64,000 nucleotides of DNA from Eledone cirrhosa (GCA_964016885.1 OZ024740.1:431954001-432018000), one strand, 5' to 3'; numbered from the stretch's first letter, positions 1 to 18,000 are shown. Made by a program: numbers and translations. The notes: generated from the letters alone by a model not told the origin.

Positions 1-3000
1 TTACCACAGATATACTAGTTAAAGATGAACCCCAGATATACTAGTTAAAGATGGACACCTGATAGTACCACAGATATACTAGTTAAAGATGAACACCTGA
101 TAGTACCACATATATACTAGTTAAAGATAAACACCTGATAGTCCCACAGATATACTAGTTAAATATGAAAACCTGATAGTACCACAGATATACTAGTTAA
201 AGATGAACACCTGATAGTACCACATATACTAGTTAAAGATAAACACCTGATAGTACCACAGATATACTAGTTAAAGATGAACGCCTGATAGTACCACAGA
301 TATACTAGTTAAAGATGAACACCTGATAGTACGACAGATATACTAGTTAAAGATGAACCCCAGATATACTAGTTAAAGATGGACACCTGATAGTAGCACA
401 GATATACTAGTTAAAGATGAACACCTGATAGTACGACAGATATACTAGTTAAAGATAAACACCTGATAGTACGACAGATATACTAGTTAAAGATAAACAC
501 CTGATAGTCCCAGATATACTAGTTAAATATCAAAACCTGATAGTACCACAGATATACTAGTTAAAGATGAACACCTCATATACTAGTTAAAGATAAACAC
601 CTGATAGTACCACAGATATACTAGTTAATGATGAACACCTGATAGTACCACAGATATACTAGTTAAAGATAAACACCTCATATACTAGTTAAAGATGAAC
701 GCCTGATAGTACCACAGATATACTACTTAAAGAGGAACACCTGATAGTACCACAGATATACTAGTTAAAGATGAACGCCTGATAGTACCACAGATATACT
801 AGTTAAAGATGAACACCTGATAGTACCACAGATATACTAGTTAAAGATAAACACGTGATAGTACCAGAGATATACTAGTTAAAGATGGACACCTGATAGT
901 AGCACATATATACTAGTTAAAGATGAACACCTGACAGTACCACAGATATACTAGTTAAAGATGAACACCTGATAGGACCACATATATACTGGTTAAAGAT
1001 AAACACCTGATAGTACGACAGATATACTAGTTAAAGATAAACACCTGATAGTACCACAGATATACTAGTTAAAGATAAACACCTGATAGTACGACAGATA
1101 TACTAGTTAAAAATAAACACCTGATAGTCCCACAGATATACTAGTTAAAGATGAACACCTCATATACTAGTAAAAGATAAACACCTGATAGTACCACATA
1201 TACTAGTTAATGATAAACACCTGATAGTACCACAGATATACTAGTTAAAGATGAAAACCTGATAGTACCACAGATATACTAGTTAAAGATAAACACCTGA
1301 TAGTACGACAGATATACTAGTTAAAGATAAACACCTGATAGTACCACATATACTAGTTAAAAATGAACACCTGATATTACCACAGATATACTAGTTAAAG
1401 ATGAACCCCAGATATACTAGTTAAAGATGGACACCAGATATACTAGTTAAAGATGGACACCTGATAGTACCACAGATATACTAGTTAAAGATAAACACCT
1501 GATAGTACCACATATACTAGTTAAAGATGGACACCTGATAGTACCACGGATATACTAGTTAAAGATGAACCCCAGATATACTAGTTAAAGATGGACACCT
1601 GATAGTAGCACATATATACTAGTTAAAGATGAACACCTCATATACTAGTTAAATATGAAAACCTGATAGTACCACAGATATACTAGTTAAAGATGAACGC
1701 CTGATAGTACCACAGATATACTAGTTAAAGATGAACACCTGATGGTACGACAGATATACTAGTTAAATATGAAAACCTGATAGTACCACATATACTAGTT
1801 AAAGATAAACACCTGATAGTACCACAGATATACTAGTTAAAGATGAACGCCTGATAGTACCACAGATATACTAGTTAAAGATGAACACCTGATAGTACGA
1901 CAGATATACTAGTTAAAGATGAACCCCAGATATACTAGTTAAAGATGGACACCTGATAGTAGCACAGATATACTAGTTAAAGATGAACACCTGATAGTAC
2001 GACAGATATACTAGTTAAAGATAAACACCTGATAGTCCCAGATATACTAGTTAAATATCAAAACCTGATAGTACCACATATATACTAGTTAAAGATGAAC
2101 ACCTCATATACTAGTTAAAGATAAACACCTGATAGTACCACAGATATACTAGTTAAAGATGAACACCTCATATACTAGTTAAAGATAAACACCTGATAGT
2201 ACCACAGATATACTAGTTAAAGATGAACACCTCATATACTAGTTAAAGATAAACACCTGATAGTACCACAGATATGCTAGTTAAAGATGAACGCCTGATA
2301 GTACCACAGATATACTAGTTAAAGAGGAACACCTGATAGTACCACAGATATACTAGTTAAAGATGAACGCCTGATAGTACCACAGATATACTAGTTAAAG
2401 ATGAATGCCTGATAGTACCACAGATTTAGTAGTTAAAGATGAACATCTCATATCCTAGTTAAAGATGAACGCCTGATAGTACCACAGATATACTAGTTAA
2501 ATATGAACGCCTGATAGTATCACAGATCTACTAGTTAAAGATGAACACCTGATAGTACCACAGATATACTAGTTAAAGATAAACACCTGATAATACCATA
2601 GATATACTAGTTAAAGATGAACACCTGATAGTACCACATATATACTAGTTAAAGATAAACACGTGATAGTACCAGAGATATACTAGTTAAAGATGGACAC
2701 CTGATAGTAGCACATATATACTAGTTAAAGATGAACACCTGACAGTACCACAGATATACTAGTTAAAGATGAACACCTGATAGGACCACAGATATACTGG
2801 TTAAAGATAAACACCTGATGGTACGACAGTTATACTAGTTGAAGATAAAAACCTGATAGTACCACAGATATACTAGTTAAAGATAAACACGTGATAGCAC
2901 CAGAGATATACTAGTTAAAGATAAACACCTGATAGTAGCACAGATATACTAGTTAAAGATGAACACCTGATAGTACGACAGATATACTAGTTAAAGATAA

Positions 3001-6000
3001 ACACCTGATAGTACGACAGATATACTAGTTAAAGATAAACACCTGATAGTCCCACAGATATACTAGTTAAATATGAAAACCTGATAGTACCACAGATATA
3101 CTAGTTAAAGATGAACACCTGATAGTACCACATATACTAGTTAAAGATAAACACCTGATAGTACCACAGATATACTAGTTAAAGATGAACGCCTGATAGT
3201 ACCACAGATATACTAGTTAAAGATGAACACCTGATAGTACGACAGATATACTAGTTAAAGATGAACCCCAGATATACTAGTTAAAGATGGACACCTGATA
3301 GTAGCACAGATATACTAGTTAAAGATGAACACCTGATAGTACGACAGATATACTAGTTAAAGATAAACACCTGATAGTACGACAGATATACTAGTTAAAG
3401 ATAAACACCTGATAGTCCCAGATATACTAGTTAAATATCAAAACCTGATAGTACCACAGATATACTAGTTAAAGATGAACACCTCATATACTAGTTAAAG
3501 ATAAACACCTGATAGTACCACAGATATACTAGTTAATGATGAACACCTGATAGTACCACAGATATACTAGTTAAAGATAAACACCTCATATACTAGTTAA
3601 AGATGAACGCCTGATAGTACCACAGATATACTAGTTAAAGAGGAACACCTGATAGTACCACAGATATACTAGTTAAAGATGAACGCCTGATAGTACCACA
3701 GATATACTAGTTAAAGATGAACACCTGATAGTACCACAGATATACTAGTTAAAGATAAACACGTGATAGTACCAGAGATATACTAGTTAAAGATGGACAC
3801 CTGATAGTAGCACATATATACTAGTTAAAGATGAACACCTGACAGTACCACAGATATACTAGTTAAAGATGAACACCTGATAGGACCACATATATACTGG
3901 TTAAAGATAAACACCTGATAGTACGACAGATATACTAGTTAAAGATAAACACCTGATAGTACCACAGATATACTAGTTAAAGATAAACACCTGATAGTAC
4001 GACAGATATACTAGTTAAAAATAAACACCTGATAGTCCCACAGATATACTAGTTAAAGATGAACACCTCATATACTAGTTAAAGATAAACACCTGATAGT
4101 ACCACATATACTAGTTAATGATAAACACCTGATAGTACCACAGATATACTAGTTAAAGATGAAAACCTGATAGTACCACAGATATACTAGTTAAAGATAA
4201 ACACCTGATAGTACGACAGATATACTAGTTAAAGATAAACACCTGATAGTACCACATATACTAGTTAAAAATGAACACCTGATATTACCACAGATATACT
4301 AGTTAAAGATGAACCCCAGATATACTAGTTAAAGATGGACACCAGATATACTAGTTAAAGATGGACACCTGATAGTACCACAGATATACTAGTTAAAGAT
4401 AAACACCTGATAGTACCACATATACTAGTTAAAGATGGACACCTGATAGTACCACGGATATACTAGTTAAAGATGAACCCCAGATATACTAGTTAAAGAT
4501 GGACACCTGATAGTAGCACATATATACTAGTTAAAGATGAACACCTCATATACTAGTTAAATATGAAAACCTGATAGTACCACAGATATACTAGTTAAAG
4601 ATGAACGCCTGATAGTACCACAGATATACTAGTTAAAGATGAACACCTGATGGTACGACAGATATACTAGTTAAATATGAAAACCTGATAGTACCACATA
4701 TACTAGTTAAAGATAAACACCTGATAGTACCACAGATATACTAGTTAAAGATGAACGCCTGATAGTACCACAGATATACTAGTTAAAGATGAACACCTGA
4801 TAGTACGACAGATATACTAGTTAAAGATAAACACCTGATAGTCCCAGATATACTAGTTAAATATCAAAACCTGATAGTACCACATATATACTAGTTAAAG
4901 ATGAACACCTCATATACTAGTTAAAGATAAACACCTGATAGTACCACAGATATACTAGTTAAAGATGAACACCTCATATACTAGTTAAAGATAAACACCT
5001 GATAGTACCACAGATATACTAGTTAAAGATGAACACCTCATATACTAGTTAAAGATAAACACCTGATAGTACCACAGATATGCTAGTTAAAGATGAACGC
5101 CTGATAGTACCACAGATATACTAGTTAAAGAGGAACACCTGATAGTACCACAGATATACTAGTTAAAGATGAACGCCTGATAGTACCACAGATATACTAG
5201 TTAAAGATGAATGCCTGATAGTACCACAGATTTAGTAGTTAAAGATGAACATCTCATATCCTAGTTAAAGATGAACGCCTGATAGTACCACAGATATACT
5301 AGTTAAATATGAACGCCTGATAGTATCACAGATCTACTAGTTAAAGATGAACACCTGATAGTACCACAGATATACTAGTTAAAGATAAACACCTGATAAT
5401 ACCATAGATATACTAGTTAAAGATGAACACCTGATAGTACCACATATATACTAGTTAAAGATAAACACGTGATAGTACCAGAGATATACTAGTTAAAGAT
5501 GGACACCTGATAGTAGCACATATATACTAGTTAAAGATGAACACCTGACAGTACCACAGATATACTAGTTAAAGATGAACACCTGATAGGACCACAGATA
5601 TACTGGTTAAAGATAAACACCTGATGGTACGACAGTTATACTAGTTGAAGATAAAAACCTGATAGTACCACAGATATACTAGTTAAAGATAAACACGTGA
5701 TAGCACCAGAGATATACTAGTTAAAGATAAACACCTGATAGTAGCACAGATATACTAGTTAAAGATGAACACCTGATAGTACGACAGATATACTAGTTAA
5801 AGATAAACACCTGATAGTACGACAGATATACTAGTTAAAGATAAACACCTGATAGTCCCACAGATATACTAGTTAAATATGAAAACCTGATAGTACCACA
5901 GATATACTAGTTAAAGATGAACACCTGATAGTACCACATATACTAGTTAAAGATAAACACCTGATAGTACCACAGATATACTAGTTAAAGATGAACGCCT

Positions 6001-9000
6001 GATAGTACCACAGATATACTAGTTAAAGATGAACACCTGATAGTACGACAGATATACTAGTTAAAGATGAACCCCAGATATACTAGTTAAAGATGGACAC
6101 CTGATAGTAGCACAGATATACTAGTTAAAGATGAACACCTGATAGTACGACAGATATACTAGTTAAAGATAAACACCTGATAGTACGACAGATATACTAG
6201 TTAAAGATAAACACCTGATAGTCCCAGATATACTAGTTAAATATCAAAACCTGATAGTACCACAGATATACTAGTTAAAGATGAACACCTCATATACTAG
6301 TTAAAGATAAACACCTGATAGTACCACAGATATACTAGTTAATGATGAACACCTGATAGTACCACAGATATACTAGTTAAAGATAAACACCTCATATACT
6401 AGTTAAAGATGAACGCCTGATAGTACCACAGATATACTAGTTAAAGAGGAACACCTGATAGTACCACAGATATACTAGTTAAAGATGAACGCCTGATAGT
6501 ACCACAGATATACTAGTTAAAGATGAACACCTGATAGTACCACAGATATACTAGTTAAAGATAAACACGTGATAGTACCAGAGATATACTAGTTAAAGAT
6601 GGACACCTGATAGTAGCACATATATACTAGTTAAAGATGAACACCTGACAGTACCACAGATATACTAGTTAAAGATGAACACCTGATAGGACCACATATA
6701 TACTGGTTAAAGATAAACACCTGATAGTACGACAGATATACTAGTTAAAGATAAACACCTGATAGTACCACAGATATACTAGTTAAAGATAAACACCTGA
6801 TAGTACGACAGATATACTAGTTAAAAATAAACACCTGATAGTCCCACAGATATACTAGTTAAAGATGAACACCTCATATACTAGTTAAAGATAAACACCT
6901 GATAGTACCACATATACTAGTTAATGATAAACACCTGATAGTACCACAGATATACTAGTTAAAGATGAAAACCTGATAGTACCACAGATATACTAGTTAA
7001 AGATAAACACCTGATAGTACGACAGATATACTAGTTAAAGATAAACACCTGATAGTACCACATATACTAGTTAAAAATGAACACCTGATATTACCACAGA
7101 TATACTAGTTAAAGATGAACCCCAGATATACTAGTTAAAGATGGACACCAGATATACTAGTTAAAGATGGACACCTGATAGTACCACAGATATACTAGTT
7201 AAAGATAAACACCTGATAGTACCACATATACTAGTTAAAGATGGACACCTGATAGTACCACGGATATACTAGTTAAAGATGAACCCCAGATATACTAGTT
7301 AAAGATGGACACCTGATAGTAGCACATATATACTAGTTAAAGATGAACACCTCATATACTAGTTAAATATGAAAACCTGATAGTACCACAGATATACTAG
7401 TTAAAGATGAACGCCTGATAGTACCACAGATATACTAGTTAAAGATGAACACCTGATGGTACGACAGATATACTAGTTAAATATGAAAACCTGATAGTAC
7501 CACATATACTAGTTAAAGATAAACACCTGATAGTACCACAGATATACTAGTTAAAGATGAACGCCTGATAGTACCACAGATATACTAGTTAAAGATGAAC
7601 ACCTGATAGTACGACAGATATACTAGTTAAAGATAAACACCTGATAGTCCCAGATATACTAGTTAAATATCAAAACCTGATAGTACCACATATATACTAG
7701 TTAAAGATGAACACCTCATATACTAGTTAAAGATAAACACCTGATAGTACCACAGATATACTAGTTAAAGATGAACACCTCATATACTAGTTAAAGATAA
7801 ACACCTGATAGTACCACAGATATACTAGTTAAAGATGAACACCTCATATACTAGTTAAAGATAAACACCTGATAGTACCACAGATATGCTAGTTAAAGAT
7901 GAACGCCTGATAGTACCACAGATATACTAGTTAAAGAGGAACACCTGATAGTACCACAGATATACTAGTTAAAGATGAACGCCTGATAGTACCACAGATA
8001 TACTAGTTAAAGATGAATGCCTGATAGTACCACAGATTTAGTAGTTAAAGATGAACATCTCATATCCTAGTTAAAGATGAACGCCTGATAGTACCACAGA
8101 TATACTAGTTAAATATGAACGCCTGATAGTATCACAGATCTACTAGTTAAAGATGAACACCTGATAGTACCACAGATATACTAGTTAAAGATAAACACCT
8201 GATAATACCATAGATATACTAGTTAAAGATGAACACCTGATAGTACCACATATATACTAGTTAAAGATAAACACGTGATAGTACCAGAGATATACTAGTT
8301 AAAGATGGACACCTGATAGTAGCACATATATACTAGTTAAAGATGAACACCTGACAGTACCACAGATATACTAGTTAAAGATGAACACCTGATAGGACCA
8401 CAGATATACTGGTTAAAGATAAACACCTGATGGTACGACAGTTATACTAGTTGAAGATAAAAACCTGATAGTACCACAGATATACTAGTTAAAGATAAAC
8501 ACGTGATAGCACCAGAGATATACTAGTTAAAGATAAACACCTGATAGTAGCACAGATATACTAGTTAAAGATGAACACCTGATAGTACGACAGATATACT
8601 AGTTAAAGATAAACACCTGATAGTACGACAGATATACTAGTTAAAGATAAACACCTGATAGTCCCACAGATATACTAGTTAAAGATGAAAACCTGATAGT
8701 ACCACAGATATACTAGTTAAAGATAAACACCTGATAGTACGACAGATATACTAGTTAAAGATAAACACCTGATAGTACCACAGATATACTAGTTAAATAT
8801 GAAAACCTGATAGTACCACAGATTTACTAGTTAAAGATGAACACCTCATATACTAGTTGAAGATAAACACCTGATAGTACCACAGATATACTAGTTAAAG
8901 ATGAAAACCTGATAGTACGACAGATATACTAGTTAAAGATAAACACCTGATAGTACGACAGATATACTAGTAAAAGATAAACACCTGATAGTCCCACAGA

Positions 9001-12000
9001 TATACTAGTTAAATATGAAAACCTGATAGTACCACAGATTTACTAGTTAAAGATGAACACCTCATATACTAGTTAAAGATAAACACCTGATAGTACCACA
9101 GATATACTAGTTAATGATGAACACCTGATAGTACCACAGATATACTAGTTAAAGATAAACACCTGATAGTACCACACATATACTAGTTAAAGATGAACAC
9201 CTGATAGTACCACATATATACTAGTTAAAGATAAACACCTGATATTACCACAGATATACTAGTTATAGATGAACGCCTGATAGTACCACAGATATACTAG
9301 TTAAAGATGAACACGTGATAGTACCACAGATATACTAGTTAAAGACGAACTCCAGATATACTAGTTAAAGATGGACACCTGATAGTAGCACAGATATACT
9401 AGTTAAAGATGAACACCTGATAGTACGACAGATATACTAGTTAAAGATAAACACCTGATAGAAAACACAGATATACTAGTTAAAGATGAACACCTCATAT
9501 ACTAGTTAAAGATAAACACCTGATAGTACCACAGATATACTAGTTAATGATGAACACCTGATAGTACCACAGATATACTAGTTAAATATAAACACATGAT
9601 AGTACCACAGATATACTAGTTAAAGATGAACACCTGATAGTACCACAAATATACTAGTTAAAGATAAACACATGATAGTACCACAGATATACTAGTTAAA
9701 GATGAATGCCTGATAGTACCACAGATTTACTAGTTAAAGATGAACACCTCATATCCTAGTTAAAGATGAACACCTCATATCCTAGTTAAAGATGAACATC
9801 TGATAGTACCACAGATATACTAGTTAAAGATGAACACCTGATAGTAATCACAGATATACTAGTTAAAGATGAACACCTGATACTACCACAGAGATACTAG
9901 TTAAAGATAAACGCCTGATAGTACCACAGATATACAAGTTAAAGATGAACACCTGATAGTACCACAAATATACTTGTTAAAAATGAACACCTGATAGTAC
10001 CACAGATATACTAGTTAAAGATGAACACCAGATAAACTAGTTAAAGATGAACACCTGATAATACCACAGATATACTAGATAAAGATGAACGCCTGATAGT
10101 ATCACAGATATACTAGTTAAAGATGAACACCCGATAGTACCAGAGATATACTAGTTAAAGATAAACACCTGATAGTACCATAGATATACTAGTTAAAGAT
10201 GAACACCTGATAGTACCACAGATATACTAGTTAAAGATAAACACCTGATAGTACCACAGATATACTAGTTAAAGATAAACACCTGATACTACCACAGATA
10301 TACTAGTTAAAGATAAACACGTGATAGTACCAGAGATATACTAGTTAAAGATGGACACCTGATAGTAGCACATATATACTAGTTAAAGATGAACACCTCA
10401 TATACTAGTTAAATATGAAAACCTTATAGTACCACTAATACACTAGTTAAAAATGAACACCGGATATTACCACAGATATACTAGTTAAAGATGTACCACA
10501 GATATACTAGTTAAAGATGAACACCTGACAGTACCACAGATATACTAGTTAAAGATGAACACCTGATAGGACCACAGATATACTGGTTAAAGATGAACAC
10601 CTGATGGTACGACAGATATACTAGTTAAAGATAAACACCTGATAGTACGACAGATATACTAGTTAAAGATAAACACCTGATAGTCCCACAGATATACTAG
10701 TTAAATATGAAAACCTGATAGTACCACAGATATACTAGTTAAAGATAAACACCTGATAGTACCACAGATATACTAGTTAAAGATGAACGCCTGATAGTAC
10801 CACACATATACTAGTTATAGATGAACGCCTGATAGTACCACAGATATACTAGTTAAAGATGAACACCTGATAGTCCCACAGATATACTAGTTAAAGATGA
10901 ACTCCAGATATACTAGTTAAAGATGGACACCTGATAGTAGCACAGATATACTAGTTAAAGATGAACACCTGATAGTACGACAGATATACTAGTTAAAGAT
11001 AAACACCTGATAGTCCCACAGATATACTAGTTAAAGATGAACACCTCATATACTAGTTAAAGATAAACACCTGATAGTACCACAGATATACTAGTTAATG
11101 ATGAACACCTGATAGTACCACAGATATACTAGTTAAATATAAACACATGTTAGTACCACAGATATACTAGTTAAAGATGAACACCTGATAGTACCACAAA
11201 TATACTATTTAAAGATAAACACATGATAGTACCACAGATATACTAGTTAAAGATGAATGCCTGATAGTACCACAGATTTACTAGTTAAAGATGAACACCT
11301 CATATCCTAGTTAAAGATGAACATCTGATAGTACCACAGATATACTAGTTAAAGATGAACACCTGATAGTAATCACAGATATACTAGTTAAAGATGAACA
11401 CCTGATACTACCACAGAGATACTAGTTAAAGATAAACGCCTGATAGTACCACAGATATACAAGTTAAAGATGAACACCTGATAGTACCACAAATATACTT
11501 GTTAAAAATGAACACCTGATAGTACCACAGATATACTAGTTAAAGATGAACACCTGATAATACCACAGATATACTAGATAAAGATGAACGCCTGATAGTA
11601 CCACAGATATACTAGTTAAAGATGAACGCCTGATAGTATCACAGATATACTGGTTAAAGATGAACACCCGATAGTACCAGAGATATACTAGTTAAAGATA
11701 AACACCTGATAGTACCATAGATATACTAGTTAAAGATGAACACCTGATAGTACCACAGATATACTAGTTAAAGATAAACACCTGATAGTACCTCAGATAT
11801 ACTAGTTAAAGATAAACACCTGATACTACCACAGATATACTAGTTAAAGATAAACACGTGATAGTACCAGAGATATACTAGTTAAAGATGGACACCTGAT
11901 AGTAGCACATATATACTAGTTAAAGATGAACACCTCATATACTAGTTAAATATAAAAACCTTATAGTACCACTAATATACTAGTTAAAAATGAAGACCGG

Positions 12001-15000
12001 ATATTACCACAGATATACTAGTTAAAGATGAACACCTGACAGTACCACATATATACTAGTTAAAGATGAACACCTGATAGGACCACAGATATACTGGTTA
12101 AAGATGAACACCTGATGGTACGACAGATATACTAGTTAAAGATAAAAACCTGATAGTACCACAGATATACTAGTTAAAGATGAACACCAGATAAACTAGT
12201 TAAAGATGAACACCTGATAATACCACAGATATACTAGATAAAGATGAACGCCTGATAGTACCACAGATATACTAGTTAAAGATGGACACCTGATAGTAGC
12301 ACAGATATACTAGTTAAAGATGAACACCTGATAGTACGACAGATATACTAGTTAAAGATAAACACCTGATAGTCCCACAGATATACTAGTTAAAGATGAA
12401 CACCTCATATACTAGTTAAAGATAAACACCTGATAGTACCACAGATATACTAGTTAATGATGAACACCTGATAGTACCACAGATATACTAGTTAAATATA
12501 AACACATGATAGTACCACAGATATACTAGTTAAAGATGAACACCTGATAGTACCACAAATATACTAGTTAAAGATAAACACATGATAGTACCACAGATAT
12601 ACTAGTTAAAGATGAATGCCTGATAGTACCACAGATTTACTAGTTAAAGATGAACACCTCATATCCTAGTTAAAGATGAACATCTGATAGTACCACAGAT
12701 ATACTAGTTAAAGATGAACAGCTGATAGTAATCACAGATATACTAGTTAAAGATGAACACCTGATACTACCACAGATAAACTAGTTAAAGATGAATGCAT
12801 GATAGTACCACAGATATACAAGTTAAAGATGAACACCTGATAGTACCACAAATATACTTGTTAAAAATGAACACCTGATAGTACCACAGATATACTAGTT
12901 AAAGATGAACACCAGATAAACTAGTTAAAGATGAACACCTGATAATACCACAGATATACTAGATAACGATGAACGCCTGATAGTATCACAGATATACTAG
13001 TTAAAGATGAACACCTGATAGTACCACAGATATACTAGTTAAAGATAAACACCTGATAGTACCACAGATATACTAGTTAAAGATAAACACGTGATAGTAC
13101 CACAGATATACTAGTTAAAGATGAACACCTGATATACTAGTTAAAGATGAACACCTGATAGTACCACAGATATACTAGTTAAAGAGAAACACCAGATAGT
13201 ACCACAGATATACTAGTTAAAGATGAACAACTGATAGTACCACACATATACTAGTTAAAAATGAACACCTGATATTACCACAGATATACTAGTTAAAGAT
13301 GAACCCCAGATATACTAGTTAAAGATGGACACCTGATAGTACCGCAGATATACTAGTTAAAGATGAACACCTGATAGTACCACATATATACTAGTTAAAG
13401 ATAAACACCTGATAGTACCACAGATATACTAGTTAAAGATAAACACCTGATAGTACCACAGATATACTAGTTAAAGATGAACACCTGATAGTACCACATA
13501 TATTAGTTAAAAATGAACACCTGATATTACCACAGATATACTAGTTAAAGATGAACCCCAGATATACAAGTTAAAGATGGACACCTGATAGTACCACAGA
13601 TATACTAGTTAAAGATAAACACCTGATAGTAACACAGATATACTAGTTAAAGATGGACACCTGATAGTACCACGGATATACTAGTTAATGATGAACCCCA
13701 GATATACTAGTTAAAGATGGACACCTGATAGTAGCACATATATACTAGTTAAAGATGAACACCTCATATACTAGTTAAATATGAAAACCTGATAGTACCA
13801 CAGATATACTAGTTAAAAATGAACACCTGATAGTACCACAGATATACTAGTTAAAGATGAACACCTGATAGTACCAGAGATATACTAGTTAAAGATGAAC
13901 ACCTGATAGTACCACAGATATACTAGTTAAAGATGAACACCTGATAGTACCACAGATATACTAGTTAAAGATGAACACCTGATGGTACGACAGATATACT
14001 AGTTAAATATGAAAACCTGATAGTACCACAGATATACTAGTTAAAGATGAACACCTGATAGTACCACAGATATACTAGTTAAAAATGAACACCTGATATT
14101 ACCACAGATATACTAGTTACAGATGAACCCCAGATATACTAGTTAAAGATGGACACCTGATAGTACCACAGATATACTAGTTAAAGATGAACACCTGATG
14201 GTACGACAGATATACTAGTTAAAGATAAACACCTGATAGTACCACAGATATACTAGTTAAAGATGAACGCCTGATACACTAGTTAAAGATGGACACCTGA
14301 TAGTACCACGGATATACTAGTTAAAGATGAACACCAGATATACTAGTTAAAGATGGACACCTGATAGTACCACAGATACACTAGTTAAAGATGAACCCCA
14401 GATATACTAGTTAAAGATGGACACCTGATAGTACCACATATACTAGTTAAAGATGAACCCCAGATATACTAGTTAAAGATGGACACCTGATAGTACCACA
14501 GATATACTAGTTAAAGATAAACACCTGATAGCACGACAGATATACTAGTTAAAGATAAACACCTGATAGTACGACAGATATACTAGTTAAAGATAAACAC
14601 CTGATAGTCCCACAGATATACTAGTTAAATATGAAAACCTGATAGTACCACAGATATACTAGTTAAAGATGAACACCTGATAGTACCACATATACTAGTT
14701 AAAGATAAACACCTGATAGTCCCACAGATATACTAGTTAAATATCAAAACCTGATAGTACCACAGATATACTAGTTAAAGATGAACACCTGATAGTACCA
14801 CATATACTAGTTAAAGATAAACACCTGATAGTACCACAGCTATACTAGTTACAGATGAACACCTCATATACTAGTTAAAGATAAACACCTGATAGTACCA
14901 CAGATATACTAGTTGAAGATAAACACCTCATATCCTAGTTAAAGATGAACGCGTGATAGTACCACAGATATACTAGTTAAAGATGAACGCCTGATAGTAC

Positions 15001-18000
15001 CACAAATATACTAGTTAAAGATAAACACGTGATAGTACCACAGATATACTAGTTAAAGATGAACGCCTGATAGTATCACAGATATACTAGTTAAAGATGA
15101 ACACCTGATAGTACCACAGATATACTAGTTAAAGATAAACACCTGATAGTACCATAGATATACTAGTTAAAGATGAACACCTGATAGTACAACAGATATA
15201 CTAGTTAAAGATAAACACCTGATAGTACCACAGATATTCTAGTTAAAAATGAACACCTGATAGTACCACAGATATACTAGTTAAAGATAAACACCTGATA
15301 GTCCCACAGATATACTAGTTAAATATGAAAACCTGATAGTACCACAGATATACTAGTTAAAGATGAACACCTGATAGTACCACATATACTAGTTAAAGAT
15401 AAACACCTGATAGTACCACAGATATACTCGTTAAAGATGAACGCCTGATAGTACCACACATATACTAGTTATAGATGAACGTCTGATAGTACCACAGATA
15501 TACTAGTTAAAGATAAACACCTGATAGTACCATAGATATACTAGTTAAAGATGAACACCTGATATACTAGTTAAAGATGGACACCTGATAGTAGCACAGA
15601 TATACTAGTTAAAGATGAACACCTGATAGTACGACAGATATACTAGTTAAAGATAAACACCTGATAGAAAACACAGATATACTAGTTAAAGATGAACACC
15701 TCATATACTAGTTAAAGATAAACACCTGATAGTACCACAGATATACTAGTTAATGATGAACACCTGATAGTACCACAGATATACTAGTTAAATATAAACA
15801 CATGATAGTACCACAGATATACTAGTTAAAGATGAACACCTGATAGTACCACAAATATACTAGTTAAAGATAAACACATGATAGTACCACAGATATACTA
15901 GTTAAAGATGAATGCCTGATAGTACCACAGATTTACTAGTTAAAGATGAACACCTCATATCCTAGTTAAAGATGAACACCTCATATCCTAGTTAAAGATG
16001 AACATCTGATAGTACCACAGATATACTAGTTAAAGATGAACACCTGATAGTAATCACAGATATACTAGTTAAAGATGAACACCTGATACTACCACAGAGA
16101 TACTAGTTAAAGATAAACGCCTGATAGTACCACAGATATACAAGTTAAAGATGAACACCTGATAGTACCACAAATATACTTGTTAAAAATGAACACCTGA
16201 TAGTACCACAGATATACTAGTTAAAGATGAACACCAGATAAACTAGTTAAAGATGAACACCTGATAATACCACAGATATACTAGATAAAGATGAACGCCT
16301 GATAGTATCACAGATATACTAGTTAAAGATGAACACCTGATAGTACCACAGATATACTAGTTAAAGATAAACACCTGATAGTACCACAGATATACTAGTT
16401 AAAGATAAACACCTGATACTACCACAGATATACTAGTTAAAGATGAACACCTGATAGTACCACAGATATACTAGTTAAAGATGAACGCCTGATAGTACCA
16501 CAGATATACTAGTTAAAGATGAACACCTGATAGTACCACAGATATACTAGTTAAAGATGAACGCCTGATAGTACCACAGATATACTAGTTAAAGATGAAC
16601 ACCTGATAGTACCACAGATATACTAGTTAAAGGTGAACCCCTGATAGTACCACAGATATACTAGTTAAAGATGAACACCTGATAGTACCACAGATATACT
16701 AGTTAAAGATGAACGCCTGATATAGTAGTTAAAGATGAACACCTGATAGTACCACAGATATACTAGTTAAAGATGAACGCCTGATATACTAGTTATAGAT
16801 TAACACCTGATAGTACCACAGATATACTAGTTAAAGATGAACGCCTGATAGTACCACAGATATACTAGTTAAAGATGAACACCTGATAGTACCACAGATA
16901 TACTAGTTAAAGATGAACGCCTGATAGTACCACAGTTATACTAGTTAAAGATGAACGCCTGATAATACCACAGATATACTAGTTAAAGATGAATGCATGA
17001 TAGTACCACAAATATACTAGTTAAAGATGAACGCCTGATAGTACCACAGATATACTAGTTAAAGATGAACACCTGATAGTACCACAGATATACTAGTTAA
17101 AGAGGAACACCTGATAGTATTACAGATATACTAGTTAAAGATGAACGCCTGATAGTACCACAGATATACTAGTTAAAGATGAACACCTGATAGTACCACA
17201 GATTTACTAGTTAAAGATGAACACCTGATAGTACCACAGATTTACTAGTTAAAGATGAACACCTGATAGTACCACAGATATACTAGTTAAAGATGAACAC
17301 CTCATATACTAGTTAAAGATAAACACCTGATAGTGCCACAGATATACTAGTTAAAGATGAACACCTGATAGTACCACAGGTATACTAGTTAAAGATAAAC
17401 ACATGATAGTACGACAGATATACTAGTTAAGGATAAACACCTGATAGTACCACAGATATACTAGTTAAAGATGAACACCTGATAGTACCACAGATATACT
17501 AGTTAAAGATGAACGCCTGATAGTACCACAGATATACTAGTTAAAGATGAACACCTGATAGTACCACAGATATACTAGTTAAAGATGAACCCCTGATAGT
17601 ACCACAGATATACTAGTTAAAGATGAACACCTGATAGTACCACAGATATACTAGTTAAAGATGAACGCCTGATATAGTAGTTAAAGATGAACACCTGATA
17701 GTACCACAGATATACTAGTTAAAGATGAACGCCTGATATACTAGTTATAGATTAACACCTGATAGTACCACAGATATACTAGTTAAAGATGAACGCCTGA
17801 TAGTACCACAGATATACTAGTTAAAGATGAACGCCTGATAGTACCCCAGATATACTAGTTAAAGATGAACACCTGATAGTACCACAGATATACTAGTTAA
17901 AGATGAACGCCTGATAGTACCACAGTTATACTAGTTAAAGATGAACGCCTGATAGTACCACAGATATACTAGTTAAAGATGAATGCATGATAGTACCACA

